A stretch of 64,000 bases of DNA from Azolla caroliniana (lineage: Eukaryota > Plantae > Polypodiophyta): assembly GCA_043228905.1 (NCBI GenBank), contig JBHGNT010000010.1, forward strand, positions 15,562,001-15,626,000. Direction: 5' to 3'. The notes beneath the pieces were generated by a model. It searched no databases. It saw only the letters and a program-made list of their open reading frames with translations, and was not told where the DNA came from. Made by a program: the position numbers and the translations under genes. Positions 61,191 to 64,000 of this stretch are shown one piece after another; within the stretch, counting starts at the first letter, position 1, and every line of letters begins with the position of its first letter.

Positions 61191-61612
61191 AGCGGATTTC
61201 GGATACCGTCTAAAACCGGCCCGACTTGAGCTTGAGGGGGCGTGTTGAGAATCAAGCTCAACTTGGTCTAGTGTGTGAACTCACCTTGAGAGTGAAGAGA
61301 CACTCCAACGGTCAAGAGTCACCATTATGTCACCACTTTGTATTCTAGCATTTAGTATGAGTCATAGAGTCATATTCTATGACACATAACTTATGAGCTT
61401 TCACATTCCCCATGCTCCATGAGGCTTGTAGTTAATGAAGAGAGAGGGTGATTACATAAAGCACCCTCCTCCCACCTTGTAATATGTTGAGTCTTTCTCC
61501 TTTGCTAATATACTTAACCTTGCGTCTACTCTGTCTCTCTCTCATACACACACATACACACACAGTTCACACCTAATCCGCTTCACAAGAATCCATCTCT
61601 TGATTCTTTACA

Positions 61613-61690
61613 GTTTTAAATCCCAACTCAATACTTTGTACCAAGTTGGGGTTTAATTTCTGTGTTTTGCACCCCAACTCGATACTTTGG
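61613..61690. repeat. Palindromic ~50-bp array, right part
   Basis: CCCAACTCAATACTTTGTACCAAGTTGGGGTTTAATTTCTGTGTTTTGCACCCCAACTCGATACTTTG, the same unit as 48085-48285. Confidence 0.85.
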
Positions 61691-62275
61691 TAAACCACTT
61701 GTACATAAAACTTAGATAGAGATCATTTTTAATACAATTATAATAGCTTTGGACCTAAGAAATATCATAATTGACTGGAAGAACTCATAAGTGATCTCAA
61801 TTTTCCTTTTGATCCATGCAAGTGACTAGGAAACCTAATATTGAGTTGGATGAGAGCCAGATTCTCTAGTTGGTATAAGATATGTGGATGGAATAAGAAC
61901 ATTGACTCATTGAAGCGGTCAAATTCTCACAAAGCTTGATGTAGGGTTATGGACCTTACGGTCGAAACAAGGAGTGCGGAATGTTCGATCATCGGCGGGT
62001 AGAGGTAGGCGAAGAGGAACACCACGCTCGATTTGAGCGCACCCGAATCGAAGACGAGGTAGAAGAAAGGAGAGGGAGCCGGCATGATTAGGAATAACAA
62101 AAAGGAAGAGGGGTGGGGGGTTAAACACTAAGATTAGAAACATAACCCGAAAACTAACAAACATAAAATCTAAATCTAGAAACATGAACCTAAAAATAAA
62201 TAAAGGGTGGGGTAAATAGAAAGAAATTAAAAGATAGGCTTAAAGGGAGGGGGATTAACATACTAATTAAAATAA

Positions 62276-62323
62276 AGAGAGAGAGAGAGAGAGATTAAAA
62301 CATAAATAAACCTAAGATTAAAC

Positions 62324-62374
<51 letters not shown>

Positions 62375-62515
62375 AAACATAAATAAACCTAAGATTAAAA
62401 CTTAAAGAGAGAGAGAGAGAGATTAATACATAAATAAACCTAAGATTAAAACTAGAGAGAGAGAGAGAGAGAGAGATTAAAACATAAATAAACCTAAGAT
62501 TAAAACTAAAAAACG
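62276..62515. repeat. Tandem array of (GA)n plus TTAAAACATAAATAAACCTAAGATTAAA units
   Basis: Four copies of the ~30-bp core, each preceded by a GA tract of variable length. Confidence 0.85.
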
Positions 62516-63289
62516 AGACGAAAAACATGATTAAAATTTAAAACAAGGGTTACGGGGAGGGAGGAGGATTACCATACTAATAAAAATGAAAGAGAGAGGT
62601 GCTATTACGAACTAGAGAAACATAATTAGAACACGATAAAAAAAGAGAGAGGGCGAGGGAGAGAAACATAATTAAAAACATGTAATTAACATTATAAATG
62701 AAAAATTACATGGGGTTTGAGGTATGGTCTTATGGCAAACTAGTTTCGCCCATCACAGGCTCATCAGTGCCAACATAAGACCATGAGGGTATGGGAGGGG
62801 GTTTATATAGGATTTTAGGAGAGGGGTATAGTGATGGTGTGGGATCAAAGTTGGGAGTGGGGGGGCAGGGGTGTGCTATGTGCATATGTGCACATTTAAG
62901 GGAGAAAAAGATAGTGGGATGTGTTTTAAGGTTTTTTAAGGATAGGGAAAAGGGAATGGTAAGAGGGAAGGAGTGAGAGGGTATGGGAAAGAGTGTAGGG
63001 AGAAGTGAGAGAGAGGGGGAAGGGATGTGCATATGTGCACACGTGCATGTGCATGTTTAAGGAAGGAGGGGTAAAGTTGTTATAAGCTAGGGAAAAGGGA
63101 ATGGTGATGTGGGCACACGTGTGGGGTTAAAAAGTAAGAGAGAGGGGAAGGTATGGGTTAAAAAGGAAGAGAGAAGGGGAAGGTAGAGTTTTAAGAGAGA
63201 TGAAGGGTAGGGATAGGGATAAAGTATGGGTTTAGATGAGGGGAGGGCTAGAGGTGAAAATATAAAAAGTACGGGAGCGTATTTTCAAA

Positions 63290-63835
63290 AGTGAGGGTAG
63301 GGGTAGGGTGGGTAGGAGGGTAATAAACTAAAGGGTAATGGGAGGGGTAAGGTGGAAATTAGGGAAAAATGAGGGGAAGGGTAGGGTGGCAATTATTTAA
63401 AAGTTGGGGGAAGGGTAGGGTGGTAATTAGGGAGAAGTGAGGGGAAGGGTAGGGTAGTAATTTTGAAAAGTAGAGAGAGGGGTATGGTGGTAATTTTGAA
63501 AAGTCGGGGGAAGGGTAGGGTGGTGATTAGAGAAAAGTGAGGGGAAGGGTAGGGTAGTAATTTTGAAAAGTAGAGAGACGGGTATGGTGGTAATTTTGAA
63601 AAGTTGAGGGAAGGGTAGGGTGGTGATTAGGGAAAAGTGAGGGGAAGGGTAGGCTAGTAATTTTGAAAAGTAGAGAGAGGGGTACCGTGGTAATTTTGAA
63701 AAGTCGAGGGAAGGGTAGGGTACTAACTAGGGAAAAGTGAGGGGAAGGGTAGGCTAGTAATTTTGAAAAGTAGAGAGAGGGGTGTGGTGGTAATTAGGGG
63801 GAGGGTAGTTTAGGAAAGTGAGGGGGAGGGTAGTA
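63290..63835. repeat. G-rich ~29-bp tandem repeat with ~86-bp higher-order structure
   Basis: GGGAAGGGTAGGGTGGTAATT(TTGAAAAGT/AGGGAAAAGT) units recurring as triplets. Confidence 0.85.
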
Positions 63836-63841
63836 TAGGGT

Positions 63842-64000
63842 TGTTACGATATTTTGAATAAACATGTTGATATTATGTTGTTGTAAGCCTAGAATTTTAT
63901 CCTTGTGATAGCTTTGGTGAGAATATGTCCGAACGACCAGTAAAGAAGATCTGGTTGAGGTATCAAAGCCCTCCGGTAGCCTCGGAGAAACAACATGTTT
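63842..64000. mobile_element. Probable start of another LTR, cut by the window edge
   Basis: Abrupt change from the G-rich array to TGTTACGA..., a typical LTR-like terminus. No partner is visible in the window. Confidence 0.3.

Larger units (their letters stand above)
48729..61612 (+). mobile_element. Full-length Ty1/Copia retrotransposon carrying a nested Gypsy
   Basis: 5' LTR 48729-49091 (17-bp internal deletion), 3' LTR 61243-61612, TSD GTTTT (48724-48728 / 61613-61617), PBS TGGTATCAGAGC 49092-49103, PPT GAGGGGGCG before 61243. Confidence 0.95.

Overview
Eukaryotic plant genomic DNA, most likely a fern (inferred from the TE families, the intron style and a UapA-type NCS2 gene). The left half carries three host genes: a 6-exon monoacylglycerol-lipase-like alpha/beta hydrolase (+, 3186-8067), a 12-exon UapA-type xanthine/uric acid permease with unusual Cys-rich loops (-, 12563-18205) and a single-exon OVATE family protein (-, 30946-33225). 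MITEs, LINE fragments and minisatellites lie between them. From about 36.6 kb the window is a nested transposon stack. A decayed Sola-like DDD transposase gene is interrupted by a Copia-type solo LTR and by a very young chromovirus (identical LTRs, TG..TA ends). Upstream of that gene are an L1 fragment and a palindromic 50-bp array, which was hit by a second solo LTR and a full-length Copia. The Copia carries a nested non-chromovirus Gypsy. That nested Gypsy is the most unusual object: tRNA-Trp PBS, apparent 4-bp TSD, a candidate programmed -1 frameshift (GGAUUUU plus hairpin) after the protease rather than after gag, and three tRNA-like A/B-box cassettes in each LTR. All calls were made by eye; no database searches were run.
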